DNA of 64,000 bases, from the IMG/VR virus record IMGVR_UViG_3300014204_000185, positions 2,896 to 66,895 of that record, one strand, 5' to 3'. Below the pieces are notes generated by a model. The model was not told the DNA's origin. It saw nothing but the letters and a program-made list of their open reading frames with translations, and did no database searches. Each line of letters opens with the position of its first letter. The first letter of the stretch is position 1. Shown piece by piece: positions 1 through 8,989 of the stretch. This stretch comes from a virus (lineage: Duplodnaviria > Caudoviricetes). The translations under genes were made by a program, and so were the position numbers.

Positions 1-52
1 CGACATTGAAATAAAAAACGTTTCAGAAATGTCGGTGAGGTGAAAGGATCTT

Positions 53-400
53 ATGGGGATTTGTTGGTGGTGTTACTGGGGATGGCCTAAGCCGGTAGCC
101 GAGATTTACAAAAAGGCACTTGACAGACTTGATGGATACGAGAGTCCCCTTCACTATGGCCCGTCTCATGTTGTTTGGGCGGATGAAAACTGGGATTTGA
201 CTCAGGAGTGTTTAGGTGACTTTGACAAACAGGCGGCGCGTCTCGATTATACGCCGGAAGAAATGCAAATAGTCAAGGAGTCCCTTGAAGAGTTGGCGGC
301 GTTACCGGAGAGTGCGTGGGACATAATTCCCGAAGACTACGATGGTGAACACCCGGCACTTTATCCCCCGGCGGACGGAATTGAAACGGTGTTTGTGTGA
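53..400 (+). CDS. hypothetical protein
   Basis: 115-aa ORF with GAAAGGA RBS upstream; GTGA overlap with next gene. Confidence 0.6.
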   Translation: MGICWWCYWGWPKPVAEIYKKALDRLDGYESPLHYGPSHVVWADENWDLTQECLGDFDKQAARLDYTPEEMQIVKESLEELAALPESAWDIIPEDYDGEHPALYPPADGIETVFV

Positions 401-596
401 AGAAAGGACTTCAATTAAAAATTGGGATAAATATCGTAAGGAGAAGTTAGAAAACGTTCCCGTCGAAGAACGCCTTGCCCTTATCTACGGATGGATGCGA
501 GATCCCGACAAAAACATTCCAAGAATCACGTTTAAGCAATTCAAGCACCTAACCAATTTGGCTTACGATATTACGGTAATCGGTGATGTAGAATGA
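397..596 (+). CDS. hypothetical protein, possibly frameshifted at an A5 run
   Basis: GTG at 397 overlaps upstream stop; one extra A near 417-421 would join it to the ...NWDKYRKEKLENV... frame ending ATGA at 593-596. Confidence 0.4.
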
Positions 597-1771
597 GAAA
601 ACTTGCATCAATTCAGAGAATAACGGCAATTAGACCCATCGACGGTGCGGATAAGATCGAATGCGTTTCCGTTCTTGGCTGGGAGTGCGTTGCAAGGAAG
701 GAAGAATTTCACATCGGCGATCTGGTGGTTTATATCGAAGTGGATTCAATAATGCCAGTAAGACCTGAATTTGAATTTCTACGGGAACGAAAATTCAGAG
801 TAAGAACCATCAAACTCCGCAAACAGATTTCTCAGGGGATTTGCTTCCCTTTGTCGATACTTCCTTCCGGCAAGCACAAAGAAGGCGATGATGTAACCGA
901 GATTGTTGGTGTCACTAAGTACGATCCGGAAGCCGTCAAAGAGGCATTAGAAGAGGCAAGACAAAACTCCATCAATAAAAACCGAGTTGACAAATTCCTT
1001 AAGAGATACAGGTGGTACAGGAGATATTTCACCAAGTCAGGAAAACGGGGGTGGCCGGAATTTATCAAGAAAACCGATGAGGAACGTATCCAGAATCTTC
1101 CGTGGATTTGCGATAAAGAACAAGGAACTGTCTTTACCGCAACAGAGAAATTGGACGGTCAATCGGGGACGTACGCATTGCTGAGATTACCGAAACGGTG
1201 GTGGCAGTTAAAGCACAGATACGAGTTCTTCGTTTGTAGTCGGAACGTACACCTACGGACAGAACACCCCTGCTCTTATTGGGAAATAGCAATAAAGCAC
1301 GATATCCGCAGAGTGTTGGAAAAACTGATTAGCGATCAGGAGTTTGTTGTATTTCAGGGAGAGATCATCGGGGAAGGAATCCAGGGAAACAAATATGGGA
1401 TTAAGGGGCGTGATTTTTATGCCTTTAATTTGGTTTATCCCTTTGGTAGGATGGAGCCAACCAGCGCGATGGTCGATCTATCATCTTGGGGGATCAAAAC
1501 GGTCCCCCGTCTTGAAGAATTAAAGTTACCCGGAACGGTAAAGGAATGTGTTGAAATTGGCAAGGGTAAATCAACGCTTGCAAACATACATAGGGAAGGG
1601 ATAGTGTTGAGGAATTACGAGAGGGGGCTTTCGTTCAAGATAATCAATCCGGACTTTCTTCTGAAGTACCAAGATGAAGACCAAGAATGGCAGGAAACTC
1701 ATTTCCCCCGCAACGAGAAAACCCCTTGTCGCAATTCCTCGACCATAAATACAGAAAAGGATATAGCATGA
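593..1771 (+). CDS. ATP-dependent RNA ligase, DRB0094/Rnl5-like family
   Basis: N-terminal MRKLASIQRI...GADKIE...GWECV...GDLVVYIEVDS domain; nucleotidyltransferase motifs EKLDG, FQGEIIG, FYAFN, EGIVLR, FKIIN. Confidence 0.88.
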   Translation: MRKLASIQRITAIRPIDGADKIECVSVLGWECVARKEEFHIGDLVVYIEVDSIMPVRPEFEFLRERKFRVRTIKLRKQISQGICFPLSILPSGKHKEGDDVTEIVGVTKYDPEAVKEALEEARQNSINKNRVDKFLKRYRWYRRYFTKSGKRGWPEFIKKTDEERIQNLPWICDKEQGTVFTATEKLDGQSGTYALLRLPKRWWQLKHRYEFFVCSRNVHLRTEHPCSYWEIAIKHDIRRVLEKLISDQEFVVFQGEIIGEGIQGNKYGIKGRDFYAFNLVYPFGRMEPTSAMVDLSSWGIKTVPRLEELKLPGTVKECVEIGKGKSTLANIHREGIVLRNYERGLSFKIINPDFLLKYQDEDQEWQETHFPRNEKTPCRNSSTINTEKDIA

Positions 1772-2055
1772 TTGACTGCATCTACAACGACAGGGAGAAG
1801 TGGTGTTTTAATCCGGACGTGACGAAGCCGTTGTTTCGTAAGAAGCGGTGTTGCATCTACCACGGGAAACTGTGCAAGAAGCAGGTGATGATTGAACGGC
1901 TATTTCCGTCCTCACCCCTCACAACACTTGCTGATTTATACGCAGAGATGGCGCGTGCAATCTGTGAAGCGTTCGCGGTTCCGCCGATGATGCTCAGATA
2001 TACATCAATTCTCTGGTGGTCCCCGCTGAACAATACGAAGAAGGGGTGGGGATGA
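1768..2055 (+). CDS. hypothetical Cys-rich protein
   Basis: ATGA-coupled ORF (MIDCIYNDREKWC...). Confidence 0.5.
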   Translation: MIDCIYNDREKWCFNPDVTKPLFRKKRCCIYHGKLCKKQVMIERLFPSSPLTTLADLYAEMARAICEAFAVPPMMLRYTSILWWSPLNNTKKGWG

Positions 2056-2243
2056 AAACCGGAAGCATCTATATAACCATCGAATTAGATACCATCCCAT
2101 ATCGAAAGAAGGTCTATCCGGCCCTTCGGAGTCTGATGAAATTGGCCTTGCGATGGAGGCGGTTCTTTTGCCTCGATTACTGGATGACGTGGCTTTACAC
2201 GGCAACGGTTCATATCGAAGCCCTAATAAGGCGCAAGAAATGA
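2052..2243 (+). CDS. hypothetical protein
   Basis: ATGA-coupled ORF. Confidence 0.4.
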   Translation: MKTGSIYITIELDTIPYRKKVYPALRSLMKLALRWRRFFCLDYWMTWLYTATVHIEALIRRKK

Positions 2244-2262
2244 AATCAAGAAAGGGAAAAGG

Positions 2263-2697
2263 ATGAATATCGAAGTAGGCAAGAAGGCTTTGGTCACAAC
2301 GGATAATTGGTTCTTTGCCCCGAATGGACAATCATATCGGGCCGTGTTTGGAACGGTGAAGGCAATCCATACCACGGAATCTATTTTCGGATTCACGCCG
2401 ACTGGTAAAAGCACGAATTGGTTTCTTGAAATAGGAAATATGCTCATTGCGGGATGCCAGATTCACTACGCACTGAGGACTGACGTGTGTAGTGACGCCC
2501 CCGCACCGACTTGGAGTTCCGATGCTTCTAATGGCCTCAAGGAATATAATGCACCGTGTCGGATTTACTTTGCTGACGCGGATGATATGGAGTTCATAAG
2601 CAACCGTCCCCTTCCGACCACGGAAGAATTAATTGCGAAGGGAATCATTTTGCCGCCGGTTGATTTTTCCCCCGCCAAGCCGCCGGAGGAAGAGTGA
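2263..2697 (+). CDS. hypothetical phage protein
   Basis: 144-aa ORF with GGGAAAAGGA RBS; part of co-oriented run. Confidence 0.65.
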   Translation: MNIEVGKKALVTTDNWFFAPNGQSYRAVFGTVKAIHTTESIFGFTPTGKSTNWFLEIGNMLIAGCQIHYALRTDVCSDAPAPTWSSDASNGLKEYNAPCRIYFADADDMEFISNRPLPTTEELIAKGIILPPVDFSPAKPPEEE

Positions 2698-2858
2698 TGA
2701 AAAACGTATTGATGATTTTATGGGGAGCGGCAACGTCGTCTGGATGGTGGGCTTGTGCGTGGTGGGGATTTGGTAATCCATTTATCGCCCTCGGAACGAT
2801 TGCGTCAACGCTGGGGATATTTGCCGCTATTGTTATTATTGCATTAGGGGGAGAGTAA
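2697..2858 (+). CDS. small membrane protein
   Basis: 53-aa hydrophobic ORF read by hand; stop/start overlaps at both ends. Confidence 0.4.
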   Translation: MKNVLMILWGAATSSGWWACAWWGFGNPFIALGTIASTLGIFAAIVIIALGGE

Positions 2859-3013
2859 TGACCGAAAGCGATCTTAACGATCTATTGATAGCGGCAAAAG
2901 AAGATGGTTGGTGCCAGGAATGCGGACTTGAACACATTGCTCCGATGCTGGCAAGACTATTAAAAGAATCTGGTAGAGAAATTCCCGCTTGGCTTACAAG
3001 GTGCGTAAGATGA
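2858..3013 (+). CDS. small hypothetical protein (CxxC)
   Basis: 51-aa ORF MTESDLND...WCQECG...; coupled at both ends. Confidence 0.45.
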   Translation: MTESDLNDLLIAAKEDGWCQECGLEHIAPMLARLLKESGREIPAWLTRCVR

Positions 3014-3198
3014 CCGATACCCTACTCGGTAAACCAATCATTTATACGGATGTCTTGAAAGATCCAGGTGAAATTACATTCGGGATTTATCCGGCAACTT
3101 ATAAAGCGACGAATAAAGTGACGGTGGAAGTAGTTTATGTGGAAGACGATTTTAACAATCTCATCCCCCTCTTGATTGAGGGATACAGGAGGAAATAA
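3010..3198 (+). CDS. hypothetical protein
   Basis: ATGA overlap start, TAATG overlap end. Confidence 0.5.
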   Translation: MTDTLLGKPIIYTDVLKDPGEITFGIYPATYKATNKVTVEVVYVEDDFNNLIPLLIEGYRRK

Positions 3199-3437
3199 TG
3201 ATTCTGTTGAAACGGTGTGATGGGTGTGGCGTAGAGGGAAATGAAGATGAAATCGCAACAGATTACAACGGAACGGATCGGTGTAGAAAATGTGCCATAA
3301 AACATGAACTATCATCCCTTGAGTCAGCACTTAAAGAGAAACTATATTATGTAAAAACTATCCAAGGCAAGGAAATCAGGGAAATAAGATTGAGAATTAG
3401 TGATTTAAGGAAAGAAATGGAGACGATCTTATTATGA
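3198..3437 (+). CDS. hypothetical Zn-binding/coiled-coil protein
   Basis: CDGC...CRKC motif; coupled ORF. Confidence 0.55.
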   Translation: MILLKRCDGCGVEGNEDEIATDYNGTDRCRKCAIKHELSSLESALKEKLYYVKTIQGKEIREIRLRISDLRKEMETILL

Positions 3438-3808
3438 GAGCATTCTTTATTGGCGGCAGCATGGACGGGAAGATAAGGACGTTGGATGACAGGGCAAGGT
3501 CGTTTGAACTTCCGGGACTGAGTGAATCATACTTTAACCATTACTCCATCGGATATGACTTTGACAAAACGGCAGTATTCGTTCTCGATGGATACGGAGT
3601 CCGGAGAGCACTATCCAACACGATCACCGTTACACCCCCGGCCACCCATTTCTGCAGGGACTGTAAGAATACTCCCGTACCCCTGAGTAAAAACCTATCG
3701 ATCTGCGACATGGGGGAACAGCATGATTATGTCAGGGGATTTGAACACCATTATTGCTCCAAGAAGAACCACGACGGTCTATGCAAGGACTTTGAGGCGA
3801 GGGGATGA
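3434..3808 (+). CDS. hypothetical protein
   Basis: FIGGSMDG start; C-terminal Cys cluster; coupled. Confidence 0.55.
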   Translation: MRAFFIGGSMDGKIRTLDDRARSFELPGLSESYFNHYSIGYDFDKTAVFVLDGYGVRRALSNTITVTPPATHFCRDCKNTPVPLSKNLSICDMGEQHDYVRGFEHHYCSKKNHDGLCKDFEARG

Positions 3809-4035
3809 GAAAAGGAATCGTTTATATATCGCGTGATCTATTGCTTCGTGGGTTGAAAATTCCAGACCATTGGCATGTTGAATGTATTCACATGAATGAG
3901 GGTTCCACATACGCCATAGCCATTATCAGCGGGAACGAATTTCCGGAGGTTCCCGTTGGTGAATCTCCAAAAGAATGCCGTATCAGAATAACGACCCACG
4001 AAGACACCTATGAGGTTTTGGAGGTAAGGGGATAA
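3805..4035 (+). CDS. hypothetical protein
   Basis: coupled ORF. Confidence 0.55.
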   Translation: MRKGIVYISRDLLLRGLKIPDHWHVECIHMNEGSTYAIAIISGNEFPEVPVGESPKECRIRITTHEDTYEVLEVRG

Positions 4036-4183
4036 TGCGAAAATTGCTTATTGGTTTCTTAGTGATGTTACCATGCTTTTTTATACCGACCATCTCCGGG
4101 AAATTTATAGGAGGTGATTTTTGGCCTCCGCTGTTTATGTTTTGGGGCGGGATGCTTTACGTTTGGATTACAAGGGAGGTAAA

Positions 4184-4396
4184 ATGAAACAATATGACGA
4201 GCTTATAATCAACGGCAAGCCGATCAAGCCGAACAAGTATTTCAATGGTGAATACGTTGACGCGAGGAACGCGCTGATACCGCAGGCCGAGAAGTTTGCG
4301 GACAAACACGTCCCGGTTGTAGAGACAGAGATGCAGAGAGATACCTGGAATCAGATGTTCCACGGGAAGATGGACGAACTGTCCTCTAATTTATGA
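4184..4396 (+). CDS. hypothetical protein
   Basis: GGGAGG RBS before ATG 4184. Confidence 0.55.
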   Translation: MKQYDELIINGKPIKPNKYFNGEYVDARNALIPQAEKFADKHVPVVETEMQRDTWNQMFHGKMDELSSNL

Positions 4397-4590
4397 AGCG
4401 CATTAACCAAAGCCCTATAGTCAAGTGCCTCTTCTGTGGTAACGAGATCATCGCGGAAGAAACTGAACGTAAGTGGCTATTTGACTGCGATTCATGCGGT
4501 AGTGTTTGGGAAAGCGAGGGTAAGACTATCCCGAAGATTAAGGTAATCACACGGACAGAGATCAGGGAAGAGCTGGACTTTGAGGACTAA
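4393..4590 (+). CDS. small zinc-ribbon protein
   Basis: CLFCG...CDSCG. Confidence 0.55.
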   Translation: MKRINQSPIVKCLFCGNEIIAEETERKWLFDCDSCGSVWESEGKTIPKIKVITRTEIREELDFED

Positions 4591-4591
4591 G

Positions 4592-4771
4592 ATGAAGGAA
4601 CTGCCGAATAGGCCGAAGTTGCGCGTCAAGGCCGTTGCAGAATTTTGGGATGTGAGTATATCTTGTGTGTATAACTGGATTGCAATGGGAATCGTGCCTG
4701 CCGAAAAGAAGGGCGGTTCTCTTAGGATAAAATACGAAGACGCAGAGAAGGGAAAGCCATCCATAGAATAA
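4592..4771 (+). CDS. excisionase-like helix-turn-helix DNA-binding protein
   Basis: LRVKAVAEFWDVSISCVYNWIAMG...GGSLRI pattern typical of HTH_17-like proteins. Confidence 0.75.
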   Translation: MKELPNRPKLRVKAVAEFWDVSISCVYNWIAMGIVPAEKKGGSLRIKYEDAEKGKPSIE

Positions 4772-4773
4772 AA

Positions 4774-4848
4774 TGCCGAGTAGCCAAGCGGTAAGGCGTG
4801 TGACTGTTAATCACATTATCGCTGGTTCGATTCCAGCTTCGGCAGCCA
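4774..4848 (+). tRNA. tRNA-Asn (GTT)
   Basis: acceptor TGCCGAG/TTCGGCA; D-arm GCC..GGC; anticodon arm TGTGA-CTGTTAA-TCACA; T-loop TTCGATT; encoded CCA. Confidence 0.93.
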
Positions 4849-4855
4849 AAACTAA

Positions 4856-4929
4856 TCAGGGATCATCTAATGGCAGGATGGTTGGTTTTGAGCCAACTCA
4901 TTAAGGTTCGACACCTTATCCCTGAGCCA
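4856..4929 (+). tRNA. tRNA-Gln (TTG)
   Basis: acceptor TCAGGGA/TCCCTGA; anticodon arm GTTGG-TTTTGAG-CCAAC; T-arm TAAGG-TTCGACA-CCTTA; encoded CCA. Confidence 0.9.
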
Positions 4930-4971
4930 ATCAAACAAACCATCCACCAACAAGCACTTCTTAAATAATCT

Positions 4972-5022
4972 TTCCAATCCTTCCAATCCTTGTTAGACAC
5001 CAAGCAAAATCTATGCCATTAT
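4972..5022 (+). promoter_or_regulatory. candidate late promoter with upstream tandem 9-bp repeat
   Basis: TTCCAATCC x2 (4972-4989), TAGACA (4994-4999), 17 bp, CATTAT (5017-5022), ahead of the head module. Confidence 0.4.
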
Positions 5023-5082
5023 ACCGACAAAAGAGCGCACCATCTCTTAAACTCGATCCTAAGGATTCGGTAAATGCGGTAG

Positions 5083-5316
5083 ATGGGACTCAACACGGTA
5101 ATTACCAGAATGGCTCAAAAGGTAGGCGTATATGCTGATACGCTGAAGTCCGCATTTTTGCGGGTTTCGAGTTCTATTGATTCTAAGCCGCTGTTTTTCA
5201 TGGGCGGTTTTCTTTTATTTGGGTGGGGGCTCTACGATTTCCTTCCGTGGCTGTCAAAAGTAATCTGCGGGTTCATCCTCATGGCTATCGGTTATTTGAT
5301 GGGGTCTAAACGATGA
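5083..5316 (+). CDS. small membrane protein preceding portal
   Basis: two hydrophobic segments; ATGA overlap with portal. Confidence 0.6.
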   Translation: MGLNTVITRMAQKVGVYADTLKSAFLRVSSSIDSKPLFFMGGFLLFGWGLYDFLPWLSKVICGFILMAIGYLMGSKR

Positions 5317-6560
5317 ACTTTCTCGATAGGCTTCCGAGGCCGAAAGCACTTAGTCCGACTGATGATAGTTGGTACTATCCCGGTGGTGCGTATTACGGAG
5401 GACTTCCCGACGCGATGGGTCTTCCGACAGGTCCAGAATCTGCCAGTAGGCTGATAACCGTCCAGAACTGCATAAGGGTCCGTGCCGCGACGATGGCGCA
5501 GATTCCGTGTCATATTTTTGAGGATCTTGGCGAGGACGATTTCAGGGAAGCAACGGAATATCCTCTATACACCCTCTTGAACGACAAGCCGAATTCTTGG
5601 ATGCAATCGCCTATATTTTGGGCGATGGTGGAGGCTTTCATTTGCACAAGGGGGAACTTCATTGGATACAAGGTTGGGCTCCCCGGACTTCCAACGCGAG
5701 AGATCATTCCAATAACCGACAAGGTTACGAAGGTAGAACAAGGCAAGGACTATTCACTCACATATCACGTCCAATATGGGGCGGGAGATATTCGGCCAAT
5801 TCCGCAGGATAAAGTAATCCATTTCAGGGGATTGCTTACATTTGATGGAATAATGGGCGTTAATCCCATTGAGTATTCCAGAGAAACAATAGGGCTTGGC
5901 AGGGCGCAGGTGGAATTTCTTTCTCGGTACTTCGGGAAAGGAATGCACCCCGGAGCCATTATCACCACACCGTTCACCCTCGGAACAAAAGACTACCTGA
6001 ATCAAAAAGAAGCCTTTAGTGAGAAGTACGCCGGACTCGGAAAGAGTAGCGACTTGATGCTTCTCGAAAAGGACATGAAGATTGATTTTCCAACCATAAA
6101 ACTTGTCGATGCTCAATATCTCGAATTGATGAAAATGACGGAATCGCAGATTTGTGGTTTGTATCGGGTTCCGCAGATTCTTGTTCAGGCTGGCGATAAA
6201 ACATCAACATGGCCCTCAAGTGCAGAACAGTTGATGATTAACTACTGCGTGATTGGCGTTTCCCCCGATTGTCGCAATTACGAGAAGACAATAGATTCAA
6301 GCCTCATTCCCGCCAAAGATCAAAAAAAATATTACTCGAAATTTGAAATGCGCGGACTGCTTCGTGGTTCGTTTAAGGAGCAGGTTGAAGGATTCGCTTC
6401 TCTGATCGACAAAGAGGTTATGAACCCTAACGAAGTCCGAAGAAGAATGGAAATGAGGCCATATAGGGGCGGCGAAATCTATAAAACCCGCACCTCGACC
6501 ACAAAGGACAAAGACTCAAATACACCGGCCACACCGGAGGAAGGAGGCGCACAGCAATGA
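5313..6560 (+). CDS. portal protein, HK97 family
   Basis: 415 aa; PNSWM, GNFIGY, VIHFRG...DGIMGVNPI, DAQYLE, YRVP, MNPNEVR motifs. Confidence 0.93.
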   Translation: MNFLDRLPRPKALSPTDDSWYYPGGAYYGGLPDAMGLPTGPESASRLITVQNCIRVRAATMAQIPCHIFEDLGEDDFREATEYPLYTLLNDKPNSWMQSPIFWAMVEAFICTRGNFIGYKVGLPGLPTREIIPITDKVTKVEQGKDYSLTYHVQYGAGDIRPIPQDKVIHFRGLLTFDGIMGVNPIEYSRETIGLGRAQVEFLSRYFGKGMHPGAIITTPFTLGTKDYLNQKEAFSEKYAGLGKSSDLMLLEKDMKIDFPTIKLVDAQYLELMKMTESQICGLYRVPQILVQAGDKTSTWPSSAEQLMINYCVIGVSPDCRNYEKTIDSSLIPAKDQKKYYSKFEMRGLLRGSFKEQVEGFASLIDKEVMNPNEVRRRMEMRPYRGGEIYKTRTSTTKDKDSNTPATPEEGGAQQ

Positions 6561-7456
6561 AGCTGTCATATCGAACTCAAGCCAACGCACAGGCTATCGC
6601 GGCAATCTACAATAAGCCGTTAGATAAGCCCGATTGGTTCAAGGTAATCGCGGCAAAAAATGACAATGAGGAATCGCAAATCCTCCTGTTTGATTACATT
6701 GGATGGCCCTACAACGATCCCCGCGATCTCATTCATGCGCTTTCCGAAATGGGGGACGTTCTTGTGCGCGTGAACTCTCCAGGCGGAGATGTCTTCGATG
6801 GGGCGGCTATTTTCAATGCACTCACATCTCACAAGGGGACGGTAACAACCCGCATTGAGGGATTAGCGGCGTCGATGGCATCGGTTATCGCAATGTCCGG
6901 AAAGAAAGTACAGGCTTACAGCAACACGATGCTCATGATTCATAACGCTTGGACCGTGGCGGCCGTAAATCAATATGAGGCTGCGGAACTATCAGAATTT
7001 CTTGCCAAAGTTGACAATGAAATCGTTATGGATGCCTACAAGAAGAAAACAAAGAAATCAAATAAGGAACTCTGCGAAATGATGAAAGTTACATCAAAAA
7101 TGACCGCAGAGGAGGCAAAGGGGCATGGCTTTGTCGATGAGATCGTCACGGGTAAATCAGTAAAGGCCAATCTTGATCTGCCGATCTTCGCAAATCTACC
7201 GAGCGAGTTTTTTATTGGCGATGATGCTGAACCAATAATCAGGAAATACGAAAAAGCCCTGCGTGATGTAGGGGCGTCAAAGTCTGAGGCAAAGTCTATT
7301 CTGGCGAGAGGCTTGAAGGCGGCGGCGGATGACGATGAGGCAAAGATAAAAGCGGATGAGGATACGCGGAAAGCAACAGAGGACAAAGAAAGGGAGTCTG
7401 TCGAACTTGTGGCAGAACTTAGGAAGGGATTTTCTGCCCTTAATGGGGCGGCATAA
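6557..7456 (+). CDS. ClpP-type prohead maturation protease
   Basis: VNSPGGDVFDG, GLAASMASVI, MLMIHN, AEEAKGHGFVDEI. Confidence 0.92.
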   Translation: MKLSYRTQANAQAIAAIYNKPLDKPDWFKVIAAKNDNEESQILLFDYIGWPYNDPRDLIHALSEMGDVLVRVNSPGGDVFDGAAIFNALTSHKGTVTTRIEGLAASMASVIAMSGKKVQAYSNTMLMIHNAWTVAAVNQYEAAELSEFLAKVDNEIVMDAYKKKTKKSNKELCEMMKVTSKMTAEEAKGHGFVDEIVTGKSVKANLDLPIFANLPSEFFIGDDAEPIIRKYEKALRDVGASKSEAKSILARGLKAAADDDEAKIKADEDTRKATEDKERESVELVAELRKGFSALNGAA

Positions 7457-7570
7457 CTAAAAATCAGGGTTCCTCTGGCGGGGCGGCCACTCCAAAAGAG
7501 GCGATAAAGAATGAAAGACGGACGGCAGTTAGGTGCCTAACCACCTCGCTACGTCCGTTTTTTATTGCCC
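7457..7570 (+). ncRNA. structured leader upstream of major capsid gene (copy A)
   Basis: two hairpins then T-tract; homologous to 20643-20758 with compensatory changes. Confidence 0.6.
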
Positions 7571-7589
7571 GATTCAAGGAGGAACGAAA

Positions 7590-8927
7590 ATGTCTGAAGA
7601 GATTAAGAAGGTTGTTGAAGATTTCAACAAGTCACTTGCGGACTTTGAAGCCCGTAACGAGATTCGACTGAAGGAGATTGATGCCAAGGGTCACGAAGAC
7701 CCTCTTCTGAAGGCAGAGGTTAAGCGGATTGCGGACGATGTGGCGGCGATGGCGACCATGAAGACTCAGATGGAAACCATCGAGACGGCTGTTGCGAAAA
7801 TGAAAGCTCCCGAAGGCGGGGATACCGGCAAGAAGAAAGCGGTTTATGCCAATATCGGTCAGCAGCTTTTGGACACCGCTGCGGCGGTCAACCCGAATCT
7901 TGGTTCCGCGAGACGCGCGGAGGCGATTGCAAGACTTGGACAGGTTCGGGCCGATGCAGCGTCGGGTGCAAATGAGCTTATTCCTTCCGAGGGCGGATTC
8001 CTGGTGGAGAAGGACAAAAGCTCCATGCTGGATAAGGGTGCTGTTGCAACGGGGCTTCTTTCCAAACGGTGTTTTGAGGTTCCGTGCTCCGGGGACAGTG
8101 ACGGCTTGGAATTGACCTTGCTGGACGAGACTTCTCGCGCCACCGGTTCCCGCTTTGGTGGGATTCAGGTCTACATGAAAGCCGAAGCCGATACCGTTAC
8201 CGCAAGCAAGCCCAAGTTCCGCGAAGGTAACTGGAAGCTCAAGGACTGCATGGGGATCATGTATGCCACGGGCGATCTCCTGAAGGACTCCAGTGGTAGC
8301 AAGCTCACCGCCCTGGTCAATAAGTGGTTCCCTGCCGAATTTGGTTTCAAGATCGACGACGAAATCGTGAACGGCGTCGGTGCCGGTCATGCCTCCGGAA
8401 TCATCCCTGCGGCGTGTACCGTTACTCAGGCTGTGGAAACCGGCCAGAATCGGTCCACTGCTGTCAATAAGATCCTCTATGAGAACATCGTGCGGATGTA
8501 TGCGCGGCTCCTTTCGTCCAGCGATTCCAATGCGGTGTGGTTCGTCAACCGTGCCCTCCTTCCCCACATCATGCTGATGACCATTACGGGCGGGACGGCT
8601 TCCACCCCGGTATTCCTGCCGCCCGGTGGGGCTACCGGATCTCCCTACATGACCCTTCTGGGCAAACCAATCATCCCGATTGAGCAGTGCCAGGCTCCGG
8701 CGACCCCTGGGGATATCATCCTCGCGGATCTCAACGAATACCTGTTGCTGACCAAGGGTGGAATTGACGCCCAGGCTTCGATCCATGTGCGGTTCCTGTA
8801 TGACGAGATGACCTTCCGCTGGATTTATCGGTTTGACGGCGCTCCGATCAGGAACAAGGTACTGACCCCCTATAAGGGCGGGGCGACTGCGACTCAAGGC
8901 CCGTTCGTAATTTTAGCGGCAAGTTAA
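7590..8927 (+). CDS. major capsid protein, HK97 fold with N-terminal delta domain
   Basis: GGAGG RBS; coiled-coil N-terminus; EGGFLV, EFGFKIDDEIVNGVG, LLGKPII, IILADL, RWIYRFDG. Confidence 0.93.
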   Translation: MSEEIKKVVEDFNKSLADFEARNEIRLKEIDAKGHEDPLLKAEVKRIADDVAAMATMKTQMETIETAVAKMKAPEGGDTGKKKAVYANIGQQLLDTAAAVNPNLGSARRAEAIARLGQVRADAASGANELIPSEGGFLVEKDKSSMLDKGAVATGLLSKRCFEVPCSGDSDGLELTLLDETSRATGSRFGGIQVYMKAEADTVTASKPKFREGNWKLKDCMGIMYATGDLLKDSSGSKLTALVNKWFPAEFGFKIDDEIVNGVGAGHASGIIPAACTVTQAVETGQNRSTAVNKILYENIVRMYARLLSSSDSNAVWFVNRALLPHIMLMTITGGTASTPVFLPPGGATGSPYMTLLGKPIIPIEQCQAPATPGDIILADLNEYLLLTKGGIDAQASIHVRFLYDEMTFRWIYRFDGAPIRNKVLTPYKGGATATQGPFVILAAS

Positions 8928-8943
8928 TGTAATTATTAACAAA

Positions 8944-8966
8944 ATGGGGAGGCAACCCCTCCCCAT
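8944..8966 (+). terminator. hairpin after capsid gene
   Basis: ATGGGGAGG / CCTCCCCAT stem, no long U-tract. Confidence 0.5.
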
Positions 8967-8989
8967 CAACGAAAACAGGAGGTAGAAAA

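Noticed and set aside
7632-8897. 421-aa antisense ORF inside the capsid gene
   Set aside because: Shadow frame of a codon-biased gene; no RBS or recognisable motifs.
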